Virus record (IMG/VR): IMGVR_UViG_2558860472_000005
Location: 1-34,628 of that record
DNA length: 34,628 nt
Reading direction: 5' to 3' (one strand)
Origin: a virus
Lineage: Duplodnaviria > Heunggongvirae > Uroviricota > Caudoviricetes
The translations under genes were made by a program, and so were the position numbers. Position 1 is the stretch's first letter, and every line of letters starts with the position of its first letter. The notes beneath the pieces are model-generated. The model worked only from the letters and a program-made list of their open reading frames with translations, had not been told where the DNA came from and did no database searches. Shown here in pieces: positions 25,562-34,628 of this stretch.

Positions 25562-25710
25562 CGGCTGAATACCTCACTGATCGCTTCTTTGACTGCGCCA
25601 GCTACTGGCGCATTAATCCCTTCGAATTGCTGAATATGCCGATCAGTGAAATTCCCTTGCTGGTCAGTCAGGCAAACAGGATAGAGCAGGAGAAACGCAC
25701 ACATGGCTGA
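25528..25710 (+). CDS. -1 frame extension of the tail assembly chaperone (GT-like fusion product via programmed frameshift)
   Basis: An ORF in the -1 frame starts inside the chaperone gene and ends just inside the start of the tape measure gene. The heptamer T-TTT-TTC at 25543-25549 lies in the zero frame of the upstream ORF. Confidence 0.55.
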   Translation: MACGWFFPPGLTAEYLTDRFFDCASYWRINPFELLNMPISEIPLLVSQANRIEQEKRTHG

Positions 25711-27538
25711 ATTTGAGCTTAAGGCGTTGATCACCGGTGTCGACAGGCTTTCTCCCGCGCTGTCGAAAATGCAAAAGAAAATCCGGGGATTTAAACGCCA
25801 GGCGGAAGAAGCGTCACAGGGTGGGCTGGCGCTTGGTGGCGGACTGGCAGCGGGGCTGACGCTTTCCCTGAAATCTTATGCCGATCAGGAAAACGCCGCT
25901 ACCGGGCTGAAAGTCGCCATGATGGATGCGAACGGCGAGGTTGGAAAGAGCTTTCAGGACATCAATAAACTGGCTATTGGCCTGGGTAACCAGCTACCCG
26001 GTACAACGGCTGATTTCCAGAACATGATGCAGATGCTGGTGCGTCAGGGGATCCCGGCAGAAAACATTCTGGGTGGTGTGGGTAAAGCGACAGCTTATCT
26101 TGCGGTACAACTGAAAAAAACACCGGAAGCGGCTGCCGAGTTTGCCGCAAAGATGCAGGATGCTACCGGAACGGCCTCAGAAGACATGATGGGGCTGTTC
26201 GACACAATTCAGAAGGCGTTTTATCTGGGCGTTGACGACACCAACATGCTGTCATTCTTCACTAAAACCAGCTCTGTTCTGAAGATGGTGAATAAGGACG
26301 GTCTTCAGGCTGCACAGAGTCTTGCCCCCATCAGTGTCATGATGGATCAGATGGGGATGAACGGGGAGTCGGCAGGTAATGCCCTGCGAAAAGTTATCCA
26401 GTCCGGATTAAGCGTTAAGAAAATCAGGGACGTCAATAAAATCATGGCCCGCCAGAAACTCGGGGTACAGCTCGATTTTACTGATGGCAAAGGGAGTTTT
26501 GGTGGTCTTGATAACATGTTTAAGCAACTGGCAAAGTTGCGAAAACTGACCGACGTTAAGCGAACAGGCGTACTTAAGGCAATATTTGGTGATGATGCCG
26601 AAACCCTTCAGGTGGTCAATGCACTAATCGATAAAGGAAAGGATGGCTACGATCAGATCCAGCAGAAGATGAATAAACAGGCCAGCCTGAATAAACGTGT
26701 TCAGGCACAGCTTGGTACGCTGTCCAACCTGTGGGAGGCAATGACGGGGACCGCAACTAACGGCCTTGCGGCTATTGGCGGCGCATTTTCTGGTGACGCC
26801 AAAAATATCACGCAATGGCTGGGGGAGTTGGGGGAAAATTTCACGAAGTTTGCGGATGAAAATCCCCGGGTTATTCGCGGCGTCGTCGGGCTTGCTGCCG
26901 GTCTTGCGGTTCTGAAACTGGGATTGATGGGCGTGGGCAGTGCCATCAGTATTGTCAGCAGGATTATGTCGATGACGCCGATTGGCGTGATTGCGACGGC
27001 GATAGCCCTGGCTGCGGGATTAATTATCACTAACTGGGATGTTGTCGGACCTTATTTCAAGAAGCTCTGGGAAACCATTAGTCCTTATTTTGAGGCTGGC
27101 TGGGAACTTCTGAAGAAGGTTTTTGCCTGGTCGCCGCTGGGGATGGTGATCAATAACTGGGGACCGGTTGTTAAGTGGTTTCAGGATATGTGGGATAAGC
27201 TGAAGCCGATTATTGAATGGTTTACCGACAGTTCCGGTGACACGGTCGATGCCATTAACTCGGCGCAGTGGGGCGCGGGTGCTTATGATGCTTATGGGAC
27301 GGGAATACCGGCGCGGGGATACACACCTTATCCGGCGGTAGATCTGGCTCAGGCAAACAACGCCTCCGATGCCACAGGCCCGAATCCCTTCATGATTAAC
27401 AAAGCTTCTGCGCCAAAAGTTGACGGTGAGATCAAGGTCTCTTTTGTGAATTCGCCTCCGGGTATGCGGGTTATGGAAACGCGATCCAGCGGTTTTGATA
27501 TGAATCACGATGTTGGCTATACGCATATTGGCAGATGA
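25703..27538 (+). CDS. Tail tape measure protein
   Basis: The 611-aa protein is alpha-helical and Ala/Gly/Leu-rich with a hydrophobic Gly-rich segment (GVVGLAAGLAVLKLGLMGVGSAISIV). AGGAG SD upstream. Confidence 0.85.
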   Translation: MAEFELKALITGVDRLSPALSKMQKKIRGFKRQAEEASQGGLALGGGLAAGLTLSLKSYADQENAATGLKVAMMDANGEVGKSFQDINKLAIGLGNQLPGTTADFQNMMQMLVRQGIPAENILGGVGKATAYLAVQLKKTPEAAAEFAAKMQDATGTASEDMMGLFDTIQKAFYLGVDDTNMLSFFTKTSSVLKMVNKDGLQAAQSLAPISVMMDQMGMNGESAGNALRKVIQSGLSVKKIRDVNKIMARQKLGVQLDFTDGKGSFGGLDNMFKQLAKLRKLTDVKRTGVLKAIFGDDAETLQVVNALIDKGKDGYDQIQQKMNKQASLNKRVQAQLGTLSNLWEAMTGTATNGLAAIGGAFSGDAKNITQWLGELGENFTKFADENPRVIRGVVGLAAGLAVLKLGLMGVGSAISIVSRIMSMTPIGVIATAIALAAGLIITNWDVVGPYFKKLWETISPYFEAGWELLKKVFAWSPLGMVINNWGPVVKWFQDMWDKLKPIIEWFTDSSGDTVDAINSAQWGAGAYDAYGTGIPARGYTPYPAVDLAQANNASDATGPNPFMINKASAPKVDGEIKVSFVNSPPGMRVMETRSSGFDMNHDVGYTHIGR

Positions 27539-27590
27539 CGGAACCAGATATAATTTGTCTTTAAGTTTGTTATCAACTGAAGGGAAATCT

Positions 27591-27968
27591 ATGGGTCTGT
27601 TACATGCCATTATAGGTAATGCCGGTGAAATTAATGCATCAGATGCACAACAGGAATTAGGGGCTGTTTTAGGTGAGGGAGAAAATGTCGAACTTGCCTA
27701 TAAACTCATTCGTGACCAAATTATTCTGACTAACAGAAGGTTAATTTTTATTGATAAGCAGGGTGTCACAGGGAAAAAAGTAGAGTATCGTTCGATTCCT
27801 TATAAATCTGTGACAAACTTTTCTATTGAAACCGCCGGGCATCTTGATCTTGATGCTGAAATGAAGATCTGGATTTCTGGTATTGCAGAACCGATAAAAA
27901 AACAGTTCAGTAAAGGAGCAAACATTTATAAATTGCAGGCTCATCTGGCTCAAAAAATAGCAGGGTAA
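27591..27968 (+). CDS. Bacterial PH-domain-like (bPH_2/YdbT-like) moron protein, 125 aa
   Basis: AT-rich insert with its own TATAAT (27549-27554, with TTGGCA -35) and its own intrinsic terminator (27995-28016). The sequence VELAYKLIRDQIILTNRRLIFIDKQGVTGKKVEYRSIPYKSVTNFSIE looks like a bacterial PH fold (from memory). Confidence 0.5.
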   Translation: MGLLHAIIGNAGEINASDAQQELGAVLGEGENVELAYKLIRDQIILTNRRLIFIDKQGVTGKKVEYRSIPYKSVTNFSIETAGHLDLDAEMKIWISGIAEPIKKQFSKGANIYKLQAHLAQKIAG

Positions 27969-27994
27969 ACCTTACATTAATTTATGTCTTTCAT

Positions 27995-28016
27995 GCCCAC
28001 TTCGGTGGGCTTTTTT
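27995..28016 (+). terminator. Intrinsic terminator after the bPH-like moron
   Basis: GCCCAC-TTCG-GTGGGC followed by T6. Confidence 0.6.
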
Positions 28017-28031
28017 ATATCCGGAGTTTAT

Positions 28032-29360
28032 ATGACGTGGAAAGACAGGCTTCAGGACGCGTCATTTCGCGGTGTGCCGTTTAAGGTTGAAGAAGAAAGT
28101 GCGGGAACAGGTCGCCGTGTGGAAACACACGAATATCCGAACCGCGACAAACCCTATACCGAAGATCTGGGAAAAGTCACTTTCCGCCCGTCCATCACGG
28201 CTTATGTGGTGGGCGATGACTGCTTTGACCAGCGCGATCGCCTGATTGACGCGCTGAATAAACCCGGTCCCGGCACGCTTGTCCATCCGACTTACGGTGA
28301 GCTGAAAGTCTGTGTTGACGGGGAAGTTCGGGTCAGCACATCGAAGAGTGAAGGGCGTATTGTCCGCTTTGACCTGAAGTTTGTCGAAGCGGGAGAACTC
28401 TCTTACCCCACTTCAGGTGTGGCGACGGCGCAGACGCTGATGTCATCCTGTTCTGCACTGGATGACTGCATCAGTGACAGTTTCAGTGGTTTCAGTATCG
28501 ATGGCGTGGCGGATTTTGTGCAGAACGACGTCGTCGGTAATGCCAGCACAATGCTTGGGTATGTTTCTGATGCGATGAAAGTGGTGGATTCTGTCGTATC
28601 GGATGCCGCCAGACTGTTGCAGGGGGATATCTCGGTACTTCTGCCTCCGCCATCGTCAGGCAAAAACTTCGTTGAGCAGGTGCAGAAAATGTGGCGTACC
28701 GGGAAACGCCTTTATGGTAACGCCAGCGACCTGGTCACCATGATCAAGACGCTTTCCGGTGTCAGCCTTGGCAGCGATCTGCAACCGCGCGGCGTCTGGA
28801 AAACGGTCAGTAAAACCACCGCCAAGGCTACGCAGCAGCGTAACGTGGTTGCCAGCACCCTTCGTACGACCGCAATCAGCGAAGCGGCGTATGCCATCAC
28901 CCGATTGCCTGCGCCAACAACTTCCGCGGTGATGCAGAATGCCGCAGTGGGGCAGTCAACAACACCCGCGCAGAGCACCGGCTGGCCTTCCGTCACGCAT
29001 CCGGCACTGAACAATGCACCGGCGGTGAAAAACACGGTTGACCTGCCAACGTGGGAAGAACTGACTGACATTCGCGACACACTGAATACGGCAATTGATA
29101 AGGAGTTGTCCCGTACAACCAGTGATGCGCTGTTTCTGGCACTGCGCCGGGTGAAAGCAGATCTGAATGCGGATATCAACACGCGCCTTGAACAGTCTGC
29201 ACGGATCATTCAGCGCACGCCGGATGAGGTCTTACCCGCGCTGGTGCTGGCGGCGACCTGGTTTGATAACGCGGCGCGTGACGCGGACATTATCCGGCGT
29301 AATGCCATTACGCATCCCGGCTTTGTGCCGGTGATCCCTCTGAAGGTGCCAGTGCAATGA
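28032..29360 (+). CDS. DNA circulation protein (Mu gpN-like)
   Basis: The N-terminus MTWKDRLQDASFRGVPFKV...ETHEYPNRDKPYTEDLG is characteristic of Mu N-family tail proteins. CCGGAG SD upstream. The ORF track starts earlier at an in-frame ATG inside the terminator. Confidence 0.75.
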   Translation: MTWKDRLQDASFRGVPFKVEEESAGTGRRVETHEYPNRDKPYTEDLGKVTFRPSITAYVVGDDCFDQRDRLIDALNKPGPGTLVHPTYGELKVCVDGEVRVSTSKSEGRIVRFDLKFVEAGELSYPTSGVATAQTLMSSCSALDDCISDSFSGFSIDGVADFVQNDVVGNASTMLGYVSDAMKVVDSVVSDAARLLQGDISVLLPPPSSGKNFVEQVQKMWRTGKRLYGNASDLVTMIKTLSGVSLGSDLQPRGVWKTVSKTTAKATQQRNVVASTLRTTAISEAAYAITRLPAPTTSAVMQNAAVGQSTTPAQSTGWPSVTHPALNNAPAVKNTVDLPTWEELTDIRDTLNTAIDKELSRTTSDALFLALRRVKADLNADINTRLEQSARIIQRTPDEVLPALVLAATWFDNAARDADIIRRNAITHPGFVPVIPLKVPVQ

Positions 29361-30436
29361 ACGATAACGTCACGCTACGGGTAAATGGCCGGGAGTGGAA
29401 TGGCTGGACATCGGTGCGCATCGGTGCCGGTATTGAACGGCTGGCGCGGGATTTCAGCGTGGAGATCACCCGCCAGTGGCCGGGAGATGAGGGTATCACC
29501 ACGCTTCAGCCGCGCATTAAAAATGGTTCAAAAGTGGAAGTGCTGATTGGTGATGAGCTGGTGATCACCGGCTGGGTGGAGGCGACCCCCGTTCGTTACG
29601 ATGCCCGTTCGGTCAGCACAGGTATTGCCGGACGTAGTCTGACTGCTGACCTGATTGACTGTGCAGCCGAACCGACACAGTTTAACGGACGATCGCTGGT
29701 ACAGATTGCGCAGGCGCTTGCTGCGCCTTTCGGCATTGAGGTGGTGAACAGCGATGCGCCGTCGGGTGTTATTCCGGATGTCCAGCCTGATCACGGTGAA
29801 ACGGTGATCGAGGTGATCAACAAAATACTCGGTCAGCAGCAGGCGCTGGCTTATGACGACCCGCACGGCAGGCTGGTGATTGGTGGTATTGGCTCAACGC
29901 GGGCACATACCGCGCTGGTACTTGGGGAAAACATCCTTTCCTGTGATACGGAGAAGAGTATCCGGGAGCGGTTTTCAGTTTACCAGGTGGCGGGGCAGCG
30001 TGCCGGAAACGACGATGATTTCGGTGAGGCCACCACCACCGCGCTGCGGGCCCGCACAGAGGACGCATTTATTGCCCGTTACCGTCCGATGTATATCAGG
30101 CAGACAGGGCAGGCTACGGGGGCAGGCTGTATTGCCCGTGCGGACTTTGAAGCCCGACAACGGGCGGCGCGGACGGATGAAACCACCTATGTGGTGCAGG
30201 GCTGGCGACAGGGTAACGGTACGCTGTGGCAGCCTAACCAGCGGGTGATTGTCTTTGATCCGGTCTGTGGTTTCGACAATACCGAACTGCTTGTTTCGGA
30301 AGTCACGTTTACTCAGGACCAGAACGGCACCCTGACGGAAATCCGTGTCGGCCCGCCTGATGCTTATCTGCCTGAACCCGAAGCCCCCGGCGCGCGGAAA
30401 AAGAAAAAAGCCAGAGTACAGGAGGACCCGTTCTGA
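29357..30436 (+). CDS. Baseplate hub / tail protein (Mu gpP-like)
   Basis: The 359-aa protein follows the N-like gene with an ATGA overlap. Order and size are as in Mu-like baseplate modules. Confidence 0.65.
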   Translation: MNDNVTLRVNGREWNGWTSVRIGAGIERLARDFSVEITRQWPGDEGITTLQPRIKNGSKVEVLIGDELVITGWVEATPVRYDARSVSTGIAGRSLTADLIDCAAEPTQFNGRSLVQIAQALAAPFGIEVVNSDAPSGVIPDVQPDHGETVIEVINKILGQQQALAYDDPHGRLVIGGIGSTRAHTALVLGENILSCDTEKSIRERFSVYQVAGQRAGNDDDFGEATTTALRARTEDAFIARYRPMYIRQTGQATGAGCIARADFEARQRAARTDETTYVVQGWRQGNGTLWQPNQRVIVFDPVCGFDNTELLVSEVTFTQDQNGTLTEIRVGPPDAYLPEPEAPGARKKKKARVQEDPF

Positions 30437-30984
30437 TGAGGACGATTGAAGCCATGCAGCGACAACTCCTCGGCCTGATTGGGCGGGCCGTGGTGAAAAG
30501 CATCAGTGCCGCCACGAAATGTCAGACCGTGGATGTGTCCCTGATTGCCGGTGAACCCAAAGCCGGGGTTGAACATCTTGAACCCTACGGTTTTACCGCA
30601 AGGGCAAACAGCGGTGCGGAAGCGGTGGTGTTGTTTCCGGATGGCGACCGTTCTCATGCGGTGGTTGTTACGGTGTCGGACCGTCGCTACCGCCTGAAAG
30701 GGCTGCAGACTGGGGAGGTGGCTGTCTATGACGATCAGGGGCAGTCCGTGACGCTGACCCGGGAGGGGATCGTGGTGGACGGTGCAGGTAAAACGATCAC
30801 GTTTCGCAATGCGCCTAAGGCACGTTTTGAAATGGGCCTGGAAGTGACAGGACAGGTGAAAGACCTGTGCGACTCCGGCGGCACCACCATGTCAGCGATG
30901 CGGCTTGCCTATAACGGGCATCGTCACAGAGAGAACGGTCAGGGCAGTAACACCGACAAACCTGATAAAGCGATGGAGGCATGA
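30436..30984 (+). CDS. Baseplate assembly protein V / spike (gpV-like)
   Basis: The 182-aa protein has an OB-fold-like N-terminus (VDVSLIAGEPKAGVEHLEPYGF) and a C-terminal NGHRHRENGQGS motif typical of gpV spike proteins. Confidence 0.7.
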   Translation: MRTIEAMQRQLLGLIGRAVVKSISAATKCQTVDVSLIAGEPKAGVEHLEPYGFTARANSGAEAVVLFPDGDRSHAVVVTVSDRRYRLKGLQTGEVAVYDDQGQSVTLTREGIVVDGAGKTITFRNAPKARFEMGLEVTGQVKDLCDSGGTTMSAMRLAYNGHRHRENGQGSNTDKPDKAMEA

Positions 30985-31409
30985 TGGAACTGTGGCTGAC
31001 GGTGAACGGTAAACGCACCTGCGCCAGCGCACCGCTGGATCCGCTGACCCGCGCCGTGGTGATTTCCCTGTTTACCTGGCGGCGGGCGGAGCCTGATGAC
31101 AACGCCGACGTCCCGATGGGATGGTGGGGGGATACCTGGCCTGCGGTACAGAATGACCGTTACGGCTCCCGACTGTGGCTGCTTCAGCGCAGCAAACTGA
31201 CCAATCAGCTGGTGCAGACGGTAAGGGGGTATATCCGCGAATGCCTGCAATGGATGATTGATGACGGCGTGGTGTCCCGTATTGATCTGGATATCCGCCG
31301 CACCGGGATTAATGAACTGGGTAACAGTATCACTCTCTGGCGTCGTGACGGACCGGTAATGATTTCTTTTGATGATCTGTGGAGTGCGATAACGCATGGC
31401 GGACAGTGA
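30981..31409 (+). CDS. Baseplate protein, GP46 family (Mu gp46-like)
   Basis: The 142-aa protein is overlap-coupled and occupies the position between V and J-like genes. Confidence 0.6.
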   Translation: MMELWLTVNGKRTCASAPLDPLTRAVVISLFTWRRAEPDDNADVPMGWWGDTWPAVQNDRYGSRLWLLQRSKLTNQLVQTVRGYIRECLQWMIDDGVVSRIDLDIRRTGINELGNSITLWRRDGPVMISFDDLWSAITHGGQ

Positions 31410-32454
31410 ATTTCAGCGCCCGACGCTGGCAGAAAATATCAGTATGCTCCGTAACGATTTATTCGCCAGGCTGGACGTCAGCGACACGCTCCGGCGCATG
31501 GATGAAGACGTGCGGGCAAAGGTGTATGCGGCGGCGCTGCATACGGTTTACGGGTACATCGATTATCTGGCAATGAACATGCTGCCTGACCTGTGCGATG
31601 AGTCCTGGCTGGCGCGACATGCTGCGATGAAACGGTGTCCGCGCAAGGGGGCCACGACTGCCAGCGGGTATATGCGCTGGGAAGGCGTCAGCGATGGCCT
31701 GAAGGTGACCGCCGGGAGTGTTATTCAGCGCGATGACCTGGTTCAGTACACGGCAACTGCCGATGCAACCAGCGCCGGTGGTGTCTTGCGCGTGCCGATC
31801 GCCTGCTCAAGTGCAGGCGCGGTCGGTAACGCTGACGACGGTACGTCATTAATCCTGGTCACGCCGGTTAATGGTCTGCCGTCTTCCGGCGTGGCAGACA
31901 CTCTGACAGGTGGATTTGATACTGAAGATCTGGAAACGTGGCGCGCCCGCGTCATTGAGCGGTATTACTGGACGCCTCAGGGCGGGGCTGACGGGGACTA
32001 TGTTGTCTGGGCTAAAGAAGTGCCCGGCATTACCCGCGCATGGGCATACCGTCACTGGATGGGAACGGGGACTGTCGGTGTGATGATTGCCAGCAGTGAC
32101 CTGATTAATCCCATTCCGGAAGAATCAACGGAAACGGCGGCAAGACAACATATCGGGCCACTGGCCCCGGTGGCAGGCTCTGATTTGTATGTGTTCAGGC
32201 CGGTGGCGCATACGGTGGATTTTCATATCCGTGTGACGCCAGATACACCGGAAATACGGGCTGCCATCACCGCGGAGTTGCGTTCGTTCCTGTTGCGTGA
32301 TGGTTATCCGCAGGGAGAACTGAAGGTGTCGCGTATCAGTGAAGCGATTTCCGGTGCGAACGGGGAATACAGCCATCAATTGCTTGCACCGGCGGAAAAT
32401 ATCTCCATTGCAAAAAATGAACTGGCGGTTCTGGGGACGATTTCATGGACGTGA
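31396..32454 (+). CDS. Baseplate J-like protein (Mu gp47 / JayE-like)
   Basis: The 352-aa protein precedes the YmfQ-like gene. Size and context are as for baseplate J family proteins. Confidence 0.75.
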   Translation: MADSEFQRPTLAENISMLRNDLFARLDVSDTLRRMDEDVRAKVYAAALHTVYGYIDYLAMNMLPDLCDESWLARHAAMKRCPRKGATTASGYMRWEGVSDGLKVTAGSVIQRDDLVQYTATADATSAGGVLRVPIACSSAGAVGNADDGTSLILVTPVNGLPSSGVADTLTGGFDTEDLETWRARVIERYYWTPQGGADGDYVVWAKEVPGITRAWAYRHWMGTGTVGVMIASSDLINPIPEESTETAARQHIGPLAPVAGSDLYVFRPVAHTVDFHIRVTPDTPEIRAAITAELRSFLLRDGYPQGELKVSRISEAISGANGEYSHQLLAPAENISIAKNELAVLGTISWT

Positions 32455-33029
32455 CAAACGATGATTACATCCGTCTGTTGTCGGCACTGCTGCCGCCCGG
32501 TCCGGCGTGGTCAGCCAGCGATCCGGCGATTGCCGGTGCGGCACAGTCATTAACCCGCGTTCATCAGCGTGCGGATGCCCTGATGCGGGAGCTGGATCCG
32601 CGCACCACCACCGAACTGATAAATCGCTGGGAGCGTCTGTGCGGCCTGCCGGATGAATGTATTCCCGCAGGAACACAGACCCTTCGCCAGCGTCAGCAAC
32701 GACTGGATGCGAAGGTTAACCTGGCGGGCGGCATCAATGAGGATTTTTACCTTGCACAGCTTGCTGCCCTGGGCAGACCAGACGCCACCATCACGCGATA
32801 CGACAAAAGCACGTTCACCTGCTCATCGGCCTGTACTGACGCGGTGAATGCGCCGGAATGGCGGTATTACTGGCAGGTCAACATGCCAGCCGCCACCAAC
32901 AGCACCTGGATGACATGTGGCGATCCCTGTGATTCCGCGCTGCGTATCTGGGGCGACACCGTCGTCGAATGTGTGCTTAACAAACTCTGCCCTTCGCATA
33001 CCTACGTAATTTTTAAATATCCGGAGTAA
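32445..33029 (+). CDS. YmfQ-like tail protein (DUF2313; Mu gp48-like)
   Basis: The 194-aa protein has the same length as e14 YmfQ (from memory) and the same position before the side tail fibre. Confidence 0.6.
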   Translation: MDVTNDDYIRLLSALLPPGPAWSASDPAIAGAAQSLTRVHQRADALMRELDPRTTTELINRWERLCGLPDECIPAGTQTLRQRQQRLDAKVNLAGGINEDFYLAQLAALGRPDATITRYDKSTFTCSSACTDAVNAPEWRYYWQVNMPAATNSTWMTCGDPCDSALRIWGDTVVECVLNKLCPSHTYVIFKYPE

Positions 33030-33032
33030 TCC

Positions 33033-33803
33033 ATGCATCGTATAGACACGAAAACCGCGCAGAAGGATAAGTTCGGCGCGGGTAAGAACGGTTTTACCCG
33101 TGGTAACCCCCAGACTGGCACGCCTGCCACCGATCTGGATGATGACTACTTTGACATGTTGCAGGAGGAGCTTTGCAGCGTGGTGGAGGCATCCGGTGCC
33201 AGCCTGGAGAAGGGGCGGCACGATCAGTTGCTTACCGCACTTCGCGCGCTGCTGTTAAGCCGCAAGAATCCGTTTGGCGATATCAAATCGGATGGCACGG
33301 TGAAAACGGCTCTCGAAAACCTTGGTTTGGGAGAAGGTTCGGCATTACCCGTTGGTGTGCCTGTTCCGTGGCCTTCCGCCACTCCGCCAACAGGCTGGCT
33401 GAAATGCAACGGTGCGGCATTTTCTGCTGAAGAATACCCGGAACTGGCAAAGGTTTACCCGACAAATAAATTGCCTGATTTACGCGGTGAGTTTATTCGT
33501 GGCTGGGATGACGGACGTGGTATTGATGCTGGACGAGCTTTATTGAGCATTCAGACAGGGATGCTGGAAAAGCACCGCCATATTGTTGTAGCCAATGATG
33601 GTTATGACACACAAGATGAATGGGAACTGGCTACGATTTTCAAAAAAACATACACACAAGGACGGGGGCTTGATGCCACAAATACAGGAGGGAGTCTGAT
33701 CCCATCACCGACACTTCATTCACGAGGGAGTATCGGTAATACTGGCGGGAGTGAAACCCGTCCACGAAATATTGCATTTAACTATATCGTGAGGGCTGCA
33801 TAA
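33033..33803 (+). CDS. Side tail fibre protein (Stf-like), containing the left crossover site of an invertible segment
   Basis: The 256-aa protein is followed by a tail fibre assembly gene. An internal 26-bp Hin/Gin/Pin-type recombination site lies at 33310-33335. Confidence 0.7.
   Translation: MHRIDTKTAQKDKFGAGKNGFTRGNPQTGTPATDLDDDYFDMLQEELCSVVEASGASLEKGRHDQLLTALRALLLSRKNPFGDIKSDGTVKTALENLGLGEGSALPVGVPVPWPSATPPTGWLKCNGAAFSAEEYPELAKVYPTNKLPDLRGEFIRGWDDGRGIDAGRALLSIQTGMLEKHRHIVVANDGYDTQDEWELATIFKKTYTQGRGLDATNTGGSLIPSPTLHSRGSIGNTGGSETRPRNIAFNYIVRAA
33310..33335. other. Candidate DNA-invertase crossover site (hix/gix/pix-like)
   Basis: cTCTCGAAAACC-TT-GGTTTGGGAGAA. The two 12-bp half-sites are in inverted orientation around a 2-bp core. 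They match the Hin/Gin family half-site TTxTCxxAAACC. Confidence 0.45.
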
Positions 33804-34405
33804 TGGATAACGCTGTATTAAATAGCGAGCTTATTGCCACGAAGGCGGGGAATATTACCGTCTATAACTATGATTGTGAAACTCGGGAATATATTTCCAC
33901 ATCAACTGAATATCTTGCTGTGGGTGTCGGTATTCCGGCATGTTCCTGTCTGGAGGCACCTGGCATATACAAGGCTGGTTATGCAATTTGTCGCTCTGTG
34001 GATTTAAATTCATGGGAATATATGCCAGACCATCGCGGTGAAATCGTCTATAACACCGAAACGGGAGACGCCAAAGAAATCACAGCTCCGGGTGATTACC
34101 CCGAAAATACAACCACTATCGCCCCGTTAACGCCATACGATAAATGGGATGGTGAGAAATGGGTGACCGATACTGAGGCACAGCATTGCGCCGCAGTAGA
34201 CGCGGCAGAAGCACAGCGTCAGTCACTGATTGATACTGCAATGGCTTCCATCAGTCTGATTCAACTGAAATTGCAGGCCGGGCGGAAGCTGACGCAGGCA
34301 GAAACCACCCGACTTAACGCTGTGCTGGATTACATTGACGCGGTGACGGCAACAGATACCAGCACCGCGCCGGATGTCATCTGGCCTGAACTGCCGGATG
34401 CGTAG
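33803..34405 (+). CDS. Tail fibre assembly protein (Tfa)
   Basis: The C-terminal motif DTSTAPDVIWPELPDA is typical of Tfa chaperones. ATAATG start coupling with the fibre gene. Confidence 0.75.
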   Translation: MDNAVLNSELIATKAGNITVYNYDCETREYISTSTEYLAVGVGIPACSCLEAPGIYKAGYAICRSVDLNSWEYMPDHRGEIVYNTETGDAKEITAPGDYPENTTTIAPLTPYDKWDGEKWVTDTEAQHCAAVDAAEAQRQSLIDTAMASISLIQLKLQAGRKLTQAETTRLNAVLDYIDAVTATDTSTAPDVIWPELPDA

Positions 34406-34628
34406 GCCATTCAATATCTGGCGCACCGGAAGTATCGACCAGTTCCAGTGCGTCCAGGTAATCCAGCCACAAATTATATTGCGCCAGTTCGTCACCTTTC
34501 AGACGACCAATAGCCGCTTTACCAGGCCATTGTTTACTGTTCATATAATCGTTGGCCTGATTAATCAATTGCTGCTTCTCCAATTCGGCTGCAGCAATTT
34601 GTTCCTCATGTGTTGGTGGTGGAATTTC
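34377..34628 (-). CDS. Alternative tail fibre assembly protein (Tfa-prime), C-terminal part; the gene continues beyond the window edge
   Basis: Minus-strand ORF convergent with and overlapping the plus-strand tfa. Its C-terminus DTSGAPDIEWPTHP is homologous to the plus-strand Tfa C-terminus. The reading frame stays open to position 34628. Confidence 0.65.
   Translation of the reverse strand, partial: EIPPPTHEEQIAAAELEKQQLINQANDYMNSKQWPGKAAIGRLKGDELAQYNLWLDYLDALELVDTSGAPDIEWPTHPAVQAR

Overview
This window is almost entirely one complete temperate phage (prophage) of an enterobacterium. Its modules are a mosaic of known types.

Core modules, left to right:
- Lambda-family tyrosine integrase and excisionase on the minus strand at the left end, followed by a leftward early operon (small ORF, DUF551, HD hydrolase).
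- An immunity region with a divergent cI-like S24 repressor and Cro, and palindromic operators built from TTGTACC/GGTACAA half-sites.
- A replication and nin-like block: O-like initiator with internal iterons, PerC-like regulator, LexA-DBD-like protein, RusA, KilA-N protein, DUF968, Q antiterminator.
- A lambda-type lysis cassette: S-family holin, R endolysin (lytic transglycosylase), Rz and the embedded Rz1.
- HNH endonuclease, small and large terminase, and an HK97-type portal, protease and capsid.
- A Mu/e14/SfV-like contractile tail: sheath, tube, chaperone pair with a T-TTT-TTC -1 slippery site, tape measure, DNA-circulation protein, baseplate P/V/gp46/J/YmfQ-like proteins.
- A tail fibre plus Tfa, followed by a convergent alternative Tfa. 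This implies a Pin/Gin-type invertible segment that runs off the right edge.
- From memory, gene sizes and order (224-aa repressor, 189-aa and 112-aa ORFs after cro, YmfQ-like, stf/tfa inversion) resemble an intact relative of the E. coli e14 element.

No tRNA, rRNA or CRISPR array was seen.

Accessory AT-rich insertions (morons) stand out against this backbone:
1. Between the early-left operon and cI there is a small convergent plus-strand operon. It has its own TATAAT promoter and an intrinsic terminator. It encodes a 159-aa two-TM membrane protein flanked by three paralogous proline-rich micropeptides of 27, 38 and 29 aa (shared H-V/I-P-x-x-x-R-P-x-P-x-P-E-P-K-P core). Synonymous differences between the copies suggest selection at the peptide level. 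This is my best candidate for an undescribed lysogen-expressed system.
2. Between Q and the late promoter/tR' is a roughly 1.4-kb, very AT-rich two-gene insert. It encodes a membrane-anchored unknown protein and a complete, membrane-anchored GT51 MtgA/PBP-type peptidoglycan glycosyltransferase homolog. That enzyme is unexpected in a phage late region next to a lytic-transglycosylase endolysin.
3. A 287-aa unknown moron lies after Rz.
4. A bPH-like moron with its own promoter and terminator is inserted between the tape measure and the DNA-circulation gene.
5. A 239-aa membrane-anchored cargo gene lies outside int.
6. Upstream of the micropeptide operon is a roughly 350-nt GC-rich, highly structured non-coding stretch. 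It contains a perfect 15-bp inverted repeat, repressor-like half-sites and no credible ORF.
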